Shown here: piece by piece, positions 37,521-46,912 of the stretch
How the letters are laid out: each line of letters begins with the position of its first letter
Position numbering within the stretch: position 1 is the first letter of the stretch
NCBI GenBank assembly: GCA_965262725.1
Contig: OZ253555.1
Span: forward strand, 3,168,001-3,232,000
Reading direction: 5' to 3'
Source: Dehalococcoidia bacterium
GTDB lineage: Bacteria > Chloroflexota > Dehalococcoidia > UBA2979
Length of the DNA stretch: 64,000 nt
Position numbers and translations under genes: made by a program
Notes under the pieces: generated by a model
Told to the model about the DNA's origin: nothing
Databases searched by the model: none
What the model saw: only the letters and a program-made list of their open reading frames with translations

Positions 37521-38396
37521 ATGGCTGAACATGACCCCCGCAGCGAGCCGCCGGTGGTGCCGGATCAGAACCGCCGAGCCGACGACGAACCCCCGAGCGT
37601 CGCCGCGCCTCGGCGCTACGGTCTCGCCGACCTCCAGATCCATACGTCGGACGGCGACGGGATGATGGACGCCCCTGCGATTCTCGATTACGTCGAGCAC
37701 GAGACCGACCTCGACATCATCGCCATCACCGACCACGACGACATCGGGGGGGCGCTCGCCGCGCGCGAGATCCACGCGCGGGGGCGCTACCGCTTCGAGC
37801 TCATCACCGGCATCGAGTTGACAACGCGCTCGGGACACCTCCTTGCGCTCGATGTCGACTCCCCGCTCCGTCCCCTCCGACCGCTCGACGAGACCGTCGC
37901 CGCGATCCACCGCCTGGGCGGGATCGCTGTCATCCCGCATCCACTCTCCTATCTCACGCGCTCGATCGGCGAGCGCTCCCTCCGGCGCCTCCTGGCAGCG
38001 GGCGATGCGGAGCTGCGCCCCGACGGCATCGAGCTCGCCAACGGCTCGCCGGCGGCACGCGTCACGGAGAAGAAGGCGCGGCGCCTCAATAGCGAGTCGT
38101 TTCACCTCCCGGAGACGGGCGGCTCCGACGCCCACTTCCTCCCCGAGGTGGGGCGGGCGGCGACCCTCTTCGCCGGCGCGAGCACCGCGGAGCTGCGCTC
38201 AGCGCTCGCGGCCGGGGCAACCGAGGCGCGGCTGCTGGCGACCACCCCCCTCTCCGCGATCGGCTGGCGCGCACTCGCCCGGCAGCAGGTCCGCGGCCTC
38301 TCGGTGACACCCCGGCGGGTGCTGGGACCCCCGCTCTCCCGGGTCGGGCGCCGGGTGCGCTCGATCGCGACGCTCGCGGGCGGAGGTGCGCGGTGA
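37521..38396 (+). CDS. PHP-domain metal-dependent phosphoesterase
   Basis: ADLQIHT.DG.G, AITDHD, G.E....GHLL, PHP, GGSDAH. Confidence 0.88.
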   Translation: MAEHDPRSEPPVVPDQNRRADDEPPSVAAPRRYGLADLQIHTSDGDGMMDAPAILDYVEHETDLDIIAITDHDDIGGALAAREIHARGRYRFELITGIELTTRSGHLLALDVDSPLRPLRPLDETVAAIHRLGGIAVIPHPLSYLTRSIGERSLRRLLAAGDAELRPDGIELANGSPAARVTEKKARRLNSESFHLPETGGSDAHFLPEVGRAATLFAGASTAELRSALAAGATEARLLATTPLSAIGWRALARQQVRGLSVTPRRVLGPPLSRVGRRVRSIATLAGGGAR

Positions 38397-39616
38397 GAAT
38401 CGCCCTGGTCTCGCCCTACGACTGGCAGACGCCTAGCGGCGTGAACAACCACGTCGCGCAGCTCCGGCGCGAGTTCCTCGAGCGCGGGCACGAGACCCAG
38501 ATCCTCGCCCCCGGCACCACCGACCCGCATGAGCCGGGGATCACGATCGTCGGGCGGCCGAGGCCGATCCCGGCATCCGGCTCGACGGCGCGCATCTCGC
38601 TCAACCCGCGCCTGGGGCGACAGGTGCGGGCGTTGCTTACCACGGGTCGCTACGACGTCGTCCACGTGCACGAGCCGTTGATGCCGGTGCTTCCCCTGCA
38701 GGCGCTGCGCCACGCGCGCCGCGCGAACCCCGACGCGATCACCGTCGGTACCTTCCACGCGACGAAGGACGGCGGCAACCGGCTCTACTCCTACGGCCGC
38801 AGGCTGCTGAAACGCTGGTTCCGCGAGGTCGACGGGAAGATCGCCGTCTCGCCGCCCGCGGCGAGCTACGTGGGACGATACTTCCCGGGGTTCTACAACA
38901 TCATCCCGAATGGCATCGACGTGGTTCGGTTCCGGAACCCCTCGGGGGCGAGGCGTCCGGAACTCGACGACGGCGTCGTCAACATCCTCTACGTCGGGCG
39001 GGCGGAGAAGCGCAAGGGGCTCTCCTACCTCATCCGCGCTTTCGGCACGGTGAACGCCCGCGACCCACACACGCGCCTCGTCGTGGTCGGGCCGAACGAG
39101 AGGGCACTCAGCCGCTACCGGACGTCGATCGAGCGGATGGGCCGTCGCGGCGTCCACTTCGTCGGCCGCGTCCCGCATGAGGAGCTCGCGAGCTACTACC
39201 GCAGCGCCGATATGGTCTGCTCGCCCGCCGTCGGACACGAGTCGCAGGGATACGTCCTGCTGGAGGCGATGGCGTCGGGCGTGCCGGTCGTCGCCTCCAA
39301 CATCGAGGGCTACGCCTCCGTGGTCACACACCGCCGCGACGGCTTGCTCGTCCGGCCGAAGGACTCTTTCGCCCTCGCCGACGCCCTGACCGCGCTCGTG
39401 CGAGACCCGCTGCTGCGCCGGCGGCTCGCCGCTGCGGGGGCCCACCGCGTCGAGGATTACTCCTGGCCACACGTCACCGAGCGCCTCCTCGCCTACTACG
39501 AGCGGCTGCGCGACTCGCGCGGGATCCCCGCGAGGCGCCCGACGGACGCCGCGTTCGCCCCCTACGCGGGCACCGGCATCCGCCCCGCGCCGCGCCGCGC
39601 CGCCGCGGGGCAATGA
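38393..39616 (+). CDS. GT4 glycosyltransferase, PimA-like (phosphatidylinositol mannosyltransferase-like)
   Basis: MRIALVSPY...P.GV..HV, HVHEP, TFH, IIPNGID, RKG, ES.GYVLLEAMA.G.PVVAS. Confidence 0.87.
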   Translation: MRIALVSPYDWQTPSGVNNHVAQLRREFLERGHETQILAPGTTDPHEPGITIVGRPRPIPASGSTARISLNPRLGRQVRALLTTGRYDVVHVHEPLMPVLPLQALRHARRANPDAITVGTFHATKDGGNRLYSYGRRLLKRWFREVDGKIAVSPPAASYVGRYFPGFYNIIPNGIDVVRFRNPSGARRPELDDGVVNILYVGRAEKRKGLSYLIRAFGTVNARDPHTRLVVVGPNERALSRYRTSIERMGRRGVHFVGRVPHEELASYYRSADMVCSPAVGHESQGYVLLEAMASGVPVVASNIEGYASVVTHRRDGLLVRPKDSFALADALTALVRDPLLRRRLAAAGAHRVEDYSWPHVTERLLAYYERLRDSRGIPARRPTDAAFAPYAGTGIRPAPRRAAAGQ

Positions 39617-40242
39617 GCGGGATCCGCGTGCGCCTTCTCCCCGGACGCGCTCCAGAGCGGCTCACGACGCCGCTCGTGCGCCCACTCGCCGCGCTCGGCG
39701 TCAGCCCGCACACCGTCTCGGCCACCGCGCTCGGGGGCAGCCTCGCCGCGGCGGCGCTCATCGCACGCGGCGATCTCCTCCTCGGCGGCGGCGTGATGCT
39801 CGCGGCGGCCGCCCTCGACTCCATCGACGGCGCGCTGGCGCGCCACAGCGGCCGCGCCTCGCGGGTGGGAGCGCTCCTCGACTCCACCTTCGACCGCGTC
39901 GCGGAGGCGGCGGTGCTCGGCGCACTGCTCTACCACCAGCTCGGTCTCGGCCACCGCGAGGAATCGATGCTCGTCTTCGCCTCGCTCGCCGGATCCCTGC
40001 TCGTCTCGTACGTGCGGGCGCGCGGCGAGGCGGAGGGCGTCGTCGTCACCGACGGTCTCCTCGCGCGCACGGAGCGCGTCCTGCTGCTGGGAGCGGGGTT
40101 GATCACGGGATGGATCCGGGTGGCGCTGTGGCTGCTTGCCGCGCTCTCCCTCCTCACCGCGGCGCAGCGCCTCGTGCTGGCTGTGAGAGCGCTCCGGGCG
40201 CGCGACGCCGACGAGGGGGAGGGGGAGGGGGAGGGCCGATGA
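39613..40242 (+). CDS. CDP-alcohol phosphatidyltransferase, PIP/PI-synthase-like
   Basis: DSIDGALAR...GALLDSTFDR signature, SYVRAR.E..G and R.ER motifs; context with ino1. Confidence 0.9.
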   Translation: MSGIRVRLLPGRAPERLTTPLVRPLAALGVSPHTVSATALGGSLAAAALIARGDLLLGGGVMLAAAALDSIDGALARHSGRASRVGALLDSTFDRVAEAAVLGALLYHQLGLGHREESMLVFASLAGSLLVSYVRARGEAEGVVVTDGLLARTERVLLLGAGLITGWIRVALWLLAALSLLTAAQRLVLAVRALRARDADEGEGEGEGR

Positions 40243-41084
40243 GCCCGATGCAGCGCGAGGCACGCGCCGAGATGGCCGCCTACCTCGCCCGCTCGCTAAG
40301 TGGACGGGTCGGGCTGGATGTCTGGACGCGGGTCGAGTCCGGGCTGGTGCTCCCCGACCGCGATGGCTGCACGCACTGCGACGCGGTCGTCGAGACTGCC
40401 CGCGAGATCGCGACGACCCACGACGCGATCTCCGTCACGCTCTACGACCTCGACCGACATGCCTCGCGTGCCGGGGAGGCTGGCGCAGAGCGCGCACCGA
40501 CGACCGTGCTCCGGGGTGGCGGACGCTCGCTCCGCTTCGTCGGCTTCTGGTCGGGTCCGCTCCTCGCCCCGCTGGTGACGATCATCGGGCTACTCGGCGG
40601 CGCCTCCCGCCCGCTCTCTCCGGAGAGCCGCGAGGCGCTCGGCCGGCTCCCGCGTCACGTCGACGTCGAGCTCGCCGTGACGCCCTTCGATCCGATCTCG
40701 CCGCACCTGATGCTGCTGCTCGGGGCGATCGCCGCCGAGACGCGCTCGGTGAACGTCACCGTCACCGAGTACGCGGAGTTCCCGAAGCTCGCGGCGCGGC
40801 GCTCCGTCGTCGAACTCCCGACGCTCTGGATCGGCGAGCGGCGCTACGCCGGCGTGTGGAGCGATGGCGAGCTCATCGAGCAGATCACGCGCGAGGGAGA
40901 CGGCAACACCGAGCCGGTGATCCGCGAGAGCACACTCTCCGTGCCCTATCTGAGCGAGGAGCGTGCCCAGCAGCTCGCCCGGCAGGCGCCGGGGCCGGGG
41001 CCGGGGCTCCCGGGGCTCGGCCCCGGCACCGAGGCGGCCCCGGAGCCGGGCAGGTCCGGGCTAATCGTGCCGGGCCGCGGCTAG
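40239..41084 (+). CDS. Two-domain thioredoxin-fold protein (protein-disulfide oxidoreductase / AhpF-N-like)
   Basis: CTHC in first domain, ERAPT, second domain LSPE....L..L...V...TPFDPIS, EFP.LA....V..LP; ATGA-coupled to upstream gene. Confidence 0.7.
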   Translation: MSPMQREARAEMAAYLARSLSGRVGLDVWTRVESGLVLPDRDGCTHCDAVVETAREIATTHDAISVTLYDLDRHASRAGEAGAERAPTTVLRGGGRSLRFVGFWSGPLLAPLVTIIGLLGGASRPLSPESREALGRLPRHVDVELAVTPFDPISPHLMLLLGAIAAETRSVNVTVTEYAEFPKLAARRSVVELPTLWIGERRYAGVWSDGELIEQITREGDGNTEPVIRESTLSVPYLSEERAQQLARQAPGPGPGLPGLGPGTEAAPEPGRSGLIVPGRG

Positions 41085-42538
41085 GAGCCGCTCCCCCGCC
41101 CGGGCGGCGGCTGGTCCGAGCGCCGCATCAGCGCCACCGCGCCGCCGCTGAGGAGCAGCACGAGCAGCGCCGTCGCGGAGAGGAGGATCAGGACGGGCCG
41201 GACCGCGACGCTGTCGCCGGCCTCCGCCGGTGGGCCGGCCGCCGGCTCCGCCGGGACACCGTCCGCCGAAGGGGCGTCGTCCGCCGTTGCGACCGGCGCC
41301 GAGGCGGAGCCTCCGGCCGGCCGCGGGGTGGGAACTCCGAGCGGCGCCACGGTCGCTTCGCTGGGCACCGGCGCCAGCGTCGCCGACCGACCCGCCACCT
41401 CGACCGGCGGCAGCCCGTTCTTGGCGCGCCACTCGTTGTAGAGGCCGTCCTGGTCGAAGCCGTAGACCTCAAGGAGCGCGTCGTCGATGAGGGCGCCGGC
41501 CTTGACCGTGCGGTAGAGCTCGGCGAACGCCGAGAGCCCGTACAGGTCAATCAGGTGCGAGACGACCGACCACGACTGGCCGTAGAAGATGTCGACGCGG
41601 CCCGGATCGCCGGGGGGCGAGGCGAGCCCGCGCAGGGGGAGCGTCCGGTCGCCGCCGATCGCGCCCGCCAAGGCCACGGTGTATCCGACGCCGGGCTCGG
41701 GCTGCATGTAGACGGCGGTCCCCTCGTCCAGCCACGAGGGGATGGTCGTGAAGGGACCGTCGCCGGCGACCTTGGTGACGATGTGCGCGGCCTCGTGGCG
41801 GATCACGATGCGCGAGGGCTCGAAGACGAAGAGCAGGTCCGGCGCCACGCGCTGGCCGCCCGTGATCACGGTGGCGTCGAAGACGCCGCTCCGCGGCCGC
41901 TGCGCCAGCTCGCCCTCCGCCTCGGAGCGCCAGACGATGACCTTGACCGGGTAGGGCACCGTGATGTCGAGCAAGTCCTCCGTGTCGCGCAGCGAGGAGG
42001 CCGTCGCGGCGAGCGCCAACTCCGCCGCTGCCTCGCTCGAGCCGTACGAGTAGACGGTGACGAGCCCCGCCGTGCGCATCTTCCAGTTATAGCGGCCGTC
42101 GAGGAAGGTGAAGCGCTGCTCCTCCGTGATGAACTCCGTGCCCTCGCGGTCTTCCAGCCTCCAGCGGTAGGCGAACTCGGAGCCGACCGGGATGTAGCGG
42201 CGAGGCGCGATCGTCTGCAGCGTGAAGATCAGATCCTCCTCCGGCCCGCCGGTGACCTCGACCTCGCCGCTGCCACCGACGTTGCCGTCCGGGTTGAACA
42301 CGCTGTACTCGAGGCGCGCGGAGGCGAGGCCCGCCGCGGAGCGGACGCGAGCCGTGAAGGTGAGCTCGCGCGGATCCTCGGTGCGGGTCGCTAGGCGGTC
42401 GACGGCGATCTCGCCGGCGCGCGCCGGCGACGCCCCGGGAAGCGCCGCCGCGAGCGCCAGAGCGAGCGCCAAAGCGAGCGCCCACCGGAGGGCACGGCTC
42501 GCTGAGGGACACCAGCTCGCCGGGGAGGGAGCGATCAC
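41081..42538 (-). CDS. Secreted/membrane-anchored peptidase MA-family (gluzincin) protein
   Basis: Signal peptide, HEAAH...PSWLDEGTA, FYGQSWS.V, C-terminal TM plus basic tail. Confidence 0.82.
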   Translation of the reverse strand: MIAPSPASWCPSASRALRWALALALALALAAALPGASPARAGEIAVDRLATRTEDPRELTFTARVRSAAGLASARLEYSVFNPDGNVGGSGEVEVTGGPEEDLIFTLQTIAPRRYIPVGSEFAYRWRLEDREGTEFITEEQRFTFLDGRYNWKMRTAGLVTVYSYGSSEAAAELALAATASSLRDTEDLLDITVPYPVKVIVWRSEAEGELAQRPRSGVFDATVITGGQRVAPDLLFVFEPSRIVIRHEAAHIVTKVAGDGPFTTIPSWLDEGTAVYMQPEPGVGYTVALAGAIGGDRTLPLRGLASPPGDPGRVDIFYGQSWSVVSHLIDLYGLSAFAELYRTVKAGALIDDALLEVYGFDQDGLYNEWRAKNGLPPVEVAGRSATLAPVPSEATVAPLGVPTPRPAGGSASAPVATADDAPSADGVPAEPAAGPPAEAGDSVAVRPVLILLSATALLVLLLSGGAVALMRRSDQPPPGRGSGS

Positions 42539-43672
42539 GCGTCGACCCCCGCGGCCTTCCCGCTCCCCACCTGCTCGCGCAGGTAGGCCTCGATGAATGG
42601 ATCGATCGCCCCGTCGAGCACCGCCTGCGTGTCGCTCGTCTCGAGGCCGGTGCGCAGGTCCTTCACCATCCGGTACGGCTGGAGCACATACGACCGAATC
42701 TGGTTCCCCCAGCCCGGATCGACGTGCACGCCCCGGAGCCGGGCGCGCTCCTGCTCGCGCCGCTCGATCTCTATTTCGAGGAGCCGGGACTGCAGGACCA
42801 GCATCGCCGTCTCCCGGTTGCGCCCCTGTGAGCGCTCATTCTGGCACGTCACCACAAGGCCGGTGGGGAGGTGGGTAATGCGCACGGCGGTGTCGTTCTT
42901 CTGGACATTCTGCCCGCCGTGCCCGGAGGCGCGGTAGGTGTCGATGCGCACGTCCTCGGGCCGGACCTCGACCTGCACGTCCTCGCTCTCCGCCTCCGGC
43001 ATCACCTCGACGAGGGCGAAGCTCGTGTGCCGCGCGTGCGAAGCGTCGAAGGGCGAGATGCGCACGAGCCGGTGCACCCCGCGCTCCGAGCGGAGCAGGC
43101 CGTAGGCCCATTCTCCCGTGATGCGCAGCTCGGCGGACTTGATCCCGGCCTCCTCGCCGGGGGAGAGCGCCAGCACCTCGGCCGAGAAGCCGCGCTGCTG
43201 GGCCCACCTCAGGTAGAGCCGAAGCAGCATCTCCGCCCAGTCCTGCGCCTCGGTGCCCCCGGCGCCGGCGTGGACCAGCAGCACCGCGTTGCGCCCGTCG
43301 TAGGGACCCCCCAGCGTGAGATCGAGCTCCAGCTCGGCGAAGCGCCGCTCCAGCGGGGCGAGGTCGCCGGCGATGTCGACGGCAAGCGCCGAGCGCTCCG
43401 CCTCGTCCTCCACCGCCTCCGCCATCTCGACGAGCTCGCCGATCTCGCGTGCGCCACTCTCGAGCTCGTTCCAAGTCGCGACCAGGGACTCCAGCCGCGC
43501 CAGCTGCTGCATCAGCCGCTGGGCCTCCTGCCGCTTATCCCAGAGATCGGGAGTCTCCGACCGGCGGCGCAGCGAGGCGAGCTCGCGCTCGCGAGCGGCG
43601 AGGTCAAAGACGCACCCGCACGTCCTGAACACGCGAGGCGAGCTCCGCCGCGCGCGCCCCGAGCATATCCAT
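42535..43672 (-). CDS. prfB: Peptide chain release factor 2, with programmed +1 frameshift
   Basis: GGTEAQDW, SPF and GGQ motifs; ATG at 43672 runs 22 codons to CTT-TGA-C at 43609-43603, then continues in the +1 frame. Confidence 0.96.
43603..43618 (-). promoter_or_regulatory. RF2 frameshift cassette (SD-like GGGTG plus CTT TGA C)
   Basis: Reverse complement ...CGGGTG CGT CTT TGA C. Confidence 0.9.
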
Positions 43673-43707
43673 GGAGAGAGTGTCTCACGGCCGGCGCGGC
43701 CGGGCAG

Positions 43708-44604
43708 CTACCGGCCGGCGGCGTCCCGGGCGGCAAGCAGCGTGTTGCGAACGACCATCGCGATCGTCATCGGCCCGACGCCCCCCGGCACCGGCGTCAT
43801 CGCCTGCGCCACCGCCGAGACGGTGGGGAAGTCAACGTCCCCGGTGAGCCGGTAACCCCGCCTCGCGGAGGGATCCTCCACGCGGTTGGTCCCGACATCG
43901 ATCACCACCGCGCCCGGGCGCACCATCTCCCCGCTCACGATCCCCGCGCTGCCGGCGGCGACGACGAGGATCTCGGCCTCCCTCGTCACCGCGCCGAGGG
44001 CGCGCGTCCCGGTGTGCGCGAGGGTTACCGTCGCGTTCGCCCCGGCGGCCTTGTTCGCGAGCAACGCGGCGAGCGGCCGTCCGACCAGCACCGATCGCCC
44101 GACGATCACCACGCGGCGGCCCGCGGGGTCGTGCCCGCTGCGCAGCAGTAGCTCGCGGACGCCGCTCGGGGTCGCGGGCACGAGTCCCGGCGTGCCCGCG
44201 AGCAAGAGGCCCATGTTGACGGGGTGCAGTCCGTCCACGTCCTTGCGGGGGTCGACCGCCGACATCACGGCGCCCGCGTCGATGTGGGGCGGGAGCGGCA
44301 TCTGCACCAGGATCCCGGAGACCGCGGGGGAGTCGTTCAGGCGCCGGATGTGGGCGAGCAGCTCCGCCTGCGTCGTCGACGTCTCGAGCGCGAGCGTCTC
44401 GTGCGTCATCCCCACGCGCTCGCAGGCGCGCCCCTTGTTGCGGACGTAGGTGGCGGAGGCGGCGTCGTCTCCGACGAGCACTGCAGTGAGGTGCGGCGCC
44501 GGGTGACCGCGCGCGACGTGGGCGGCGACGGACTCCGCCGTCTCCAAAGCGACCGCCTCCGCGATCGCACGCCCGTCGATGAGGCTCGCCGCTGGCGCCG
44601 TCAC
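43708..44604 (-). CDS. folD: Methylenetetrahydrofolate dehydrogenase/cyclohydrolase
   Basis: IDG..IA, YVRNK, GILVQMPLP, KDVDG, VIDVG.NR, TPVPGGVGPMT. Confidence 0.96.
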   Translation of the reverse strand: MTAPAASLIDGRAIAEAVALETAESVAAHVARGHPAPHLTAVLVGDDAASATYVRNKGRACERVGMTHETLALETSTTQAELLAHIRRLNDSPAVSGILVQMPLPPHIDAGAVMSAVDPRKDVDGLHPVNMGLLLAGTPGLVPATPSGVRELLLRSGHDPAGRRVVIVGRSVLVGRPLAALLANKAAGANATVTLAHTGTRALGAVTREAEILVVAAGSAGIVSGEMVRPGAVVIDVGTNRVEDPSARRGYRLTGDVDFPTVSAVAQAMTPVPGGVGPMTIAMVVRNTLLAARDAAGR

Positions 44605-44676
44605 CCCACGAGTATAGCGGCGCCACCGCCCCCGGCCCCGGGGAATGGCGCCCAAGCGCGTGCTACGATCCGGCCG

Positions 44677-45147
44677 ATGGTGCCCCCCGACTCCACGACC
44701 CACGCGATCGGCGTCGACCTGATCGAGCCCGACCGCGTCGCGCGCGTGCTGGCCCGGCACCCCCGGCGCTTCCTCGCACGCGTCTACACGCCGCTCGAGG
44801 CGGCGTTCTGCCGGGGCCGCGTCCCGGAACTCGCGGCGCGATTCGCCGCGAAGGAGGCCGTGATGAAGGCGCTCGGGACCGGCGCACGCTCTGTGGGCTG
44901 GCGCGACATCGAGATCCTCCCCGATCGCCGCGGAAAGCCCCTCGTCTACCTGCACGGCCGCGCCGCCGAGCGGGCCGAGCGGATCGGACTCGAGGCCATC
45001 GACATCTCGCTCACGCACCTCCGCGACCAGGCGATGGCGGTGGTCGTCTGCCGCCAGCTACGCCCGGAGCAGGACCACGCCAGCGCACGCGCGCACCTGA
45101 TCCGGCGGCTCAGGGGCCGGGGCCTGATCGACAGCTCGGTGACCTAG
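44677..45147 (+). CDS. acpS: Holo-ACP synthase
   Basis: GVDLIE..R, AARFAAKEAVMKALGTG, GKP, ISLTH. Confidence 0.94.
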   Translation: MVPPDSTTHAIGVDLIEPDRVARVLARHPRRFLARVYTPLEAAFCRGRVPELAARFAAKEAVMKALGTGARSVGWRDIEILPDRRGKPLVYLHGRAAERAERIGLEAIDISLTHLRDQAMAVVVCRQLRPEQDHASARAHLIRRLRGRGLIDSSVT

Positions 45148-46842
45148 ATGAAACTCGTCACCGCCAGCCAGATGGACGAGCTCGAGCAGGCCGCGGCCGC
45201 ATCCGGCGTCTCCGAGCGAGCGCTGATGGAAGAAGCTGGCCTCGCTGCCGCGCAGGAGGCGTGGATGGCGGTCGGCGCCGCCGAGGGGCGTGCGATCCTT
45301 GTGCTCTGCGGCCCCGGCAACAACGGAGGCGACGGGCTCGTGGCGGCACGGCACCTCGCCGGCTGGGGCGCCGACGTGCGCGTCTATCTGCTGCGCGCCC
45401 GCGAGGAGACCGACCCCGTCTGGCTCGAGGCGCTCGCGGCGGGAGTGCGCGCGGAGAGTGCCGAGGAGGATGAGGAGTCCGCCCGGCTCGCCGCGCTCCT
45501 CTCCGAGGCGAGCCTGGTGCTCGACGCGCTGCTCGGCACCGGCGCCGGGCGGCGGCCGATCGAGGGCAGGCTCGCCGAGCTGCTGAGCCGGCTGCGGGCG
45601 GCGCGCGCGGGGCCGGCGCGCCCGTACCTGATCGCGCTCGACCTCCCGACCGGCGTCGACGCCGACTCGGGCGCCGCCGATCCCGAGAGCGTGGCCGCGG
45701 ACCTCACCATCGCCTTCGGCCACTCGAAGATCGGGCTCTCGCAGCTGCCGGGCCTCGAGCTCGCCGGGCGCGTGCTCCCCGTGCACATCGGGATCCCGCC
45801 CGACGCCTCCGCGGACCTCCCCTTCGAGCAGCTCGACTTCCGCTCGGTCAAGGAGACGATGCCCGCGCGACCGGCCAGCTCCCACAAGGGGACCTTCGGC
45901 ACCGCTGTGATCGCGGCGGGGTCGCGTCGCTACCCGGGCGCGGCGCGTCTCGCGGCGGAGGCGGCCGCGCGCTCGGGAGCCGGCCTCGTCGCCATCGCCG
46001 CGCCGGAGACGCTCCAGTCGCTCCTGGTGACCGGCCTCCCCGACGCGGTGCACGAGCCGCTCGCCCCCGCCGCCGGATCCCCGGACGGCGAGCTCGACGG
46101 CCATGCCGCCCGGACGCTGCTCCACGCGCTCGGCGCGGGGAGCCTCCGTCGGGCGACCTCGCTCCTAGTCGGTCCCGGCATCGGGACGGGGCGCGGCGCA
46201 CAGGCCTTCGTGCACGCTCTGCTCGCCGGCCTCGACCCGGCCATGGCCGGCGGCGCGCTGCGCGCTCTGGTCGTGGACGCCGACGCGCTCTCGGCGCTGG
46301 CGCGGCTCCCGGGCTGGGCGGAGCGCCTCGCGCTGCCGCGCGTGCTGACGCCTCACCCCGGCGAGATGGCGCGCCTCGCCCGGTGCTCGACCGCCGAGGT
46401 GCAGTCAAATCGGCTTGAGTCCGCGCTCGCCGTGGCGCGTGACACTGGCAGCACCGTCGTCCTGAAGGGAGCATGCACGGTCGTCGCGGCGCCCGACGGG
46501 CGGGCCCGCCTCTCCGACCAAGCGAACCCGATGCTCGCTACCGCCGGCACGGGCGACGTCCTTGCTGGCCTAGTGGCGGGGCTCATCGCGCGGGGTATGG
46601 AGCCCTTCGACGCCGCGGCCGCCGCCGTCTACATCCACGGCGACTGCGGGCGTCGCGTCGCCGAGAGCCACGGCACTGCCGCGGGGCTGGCGCAGGATCT
46701 GCTGCGCGTGCTGCCCGAGGTGAGCGCCCTCCTAGAGGGACCCGCGCGGAGGAGTGCTGAGAGCATCGGCATCGCGCCGGGCCTGATGGCGGGACCGGGG
46801 GGAGCCGCAGGCGCCCCTCCGGGCGGCGGGGGGCTCTGGTAG
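45148..46842 (+). CDS. nnr: Bifunctional NAD(P)H-hydrate epimerase/dehydratase
   Basis: CGPGNNGGDG, DALLGTG, DLPTG, HKGTFG, GPGIG, DADAL, LTPHPGEM, TAGTGDVLAG. Confidence 0.94.
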   Translation: MKLVTASQMDELEQAAAASGVSERALMEEAGLAAAQEAWMAVGAAEGRAILVLCGPGNNGGDGLVAARHLAGWGADVRVYLLRAREETDPVWLEALAAGVRAESAEEDEESARLAALLSEASLVLDALLGTGAGRRPIEGRLAELLSRLRAARAGPARPYLIALDLPTGVDADSGAADPESVAADLTIAFGHSKIGLSQLPGLELAGRVLPVHIGIPPDASADLPFEQLDFRSVKETMPARPASSHKGTFGTAVIAAGSRRYPGAARLAAEAAARSGAGLVAIAAPETLQSLLVTGLPDAVHEPLAPAAGSPDGELDGHAARTLLHALGAGSLRRATSLLVGPGIGTGRGAQAFVHALLAGLDPAMAGGALRALVVDADALSALARLPGWAERLALPRVLTPHPGEMARLARCSTAEVQSNRLESALAVARDTGSTVVLKGACTVVAAPDGRARLSDQANPMLATAGTGDVLAGLVAGLIARGMEPFDAAAAAVYIHGDCGRRVAESHGTAAGLAQDLLRVLPEVSALLEGPARRSAESIGIAPGLMAGPGGAAGAPPGGGGLW

Positions 46843-46912
46843 ACTGCGCGGCAGGGACGCGATCTGCGCATGCGCCCCGGCGAACGTGCGCCCTACGGGG
46901 GGAGCCTCAACG

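Noticed and set aside
41110-41240. Sortase LPxTG signal on the peptidase
   Set aside because: PPAEAG before the TM helix is only loosely similar; treated as a plain membrane anchor
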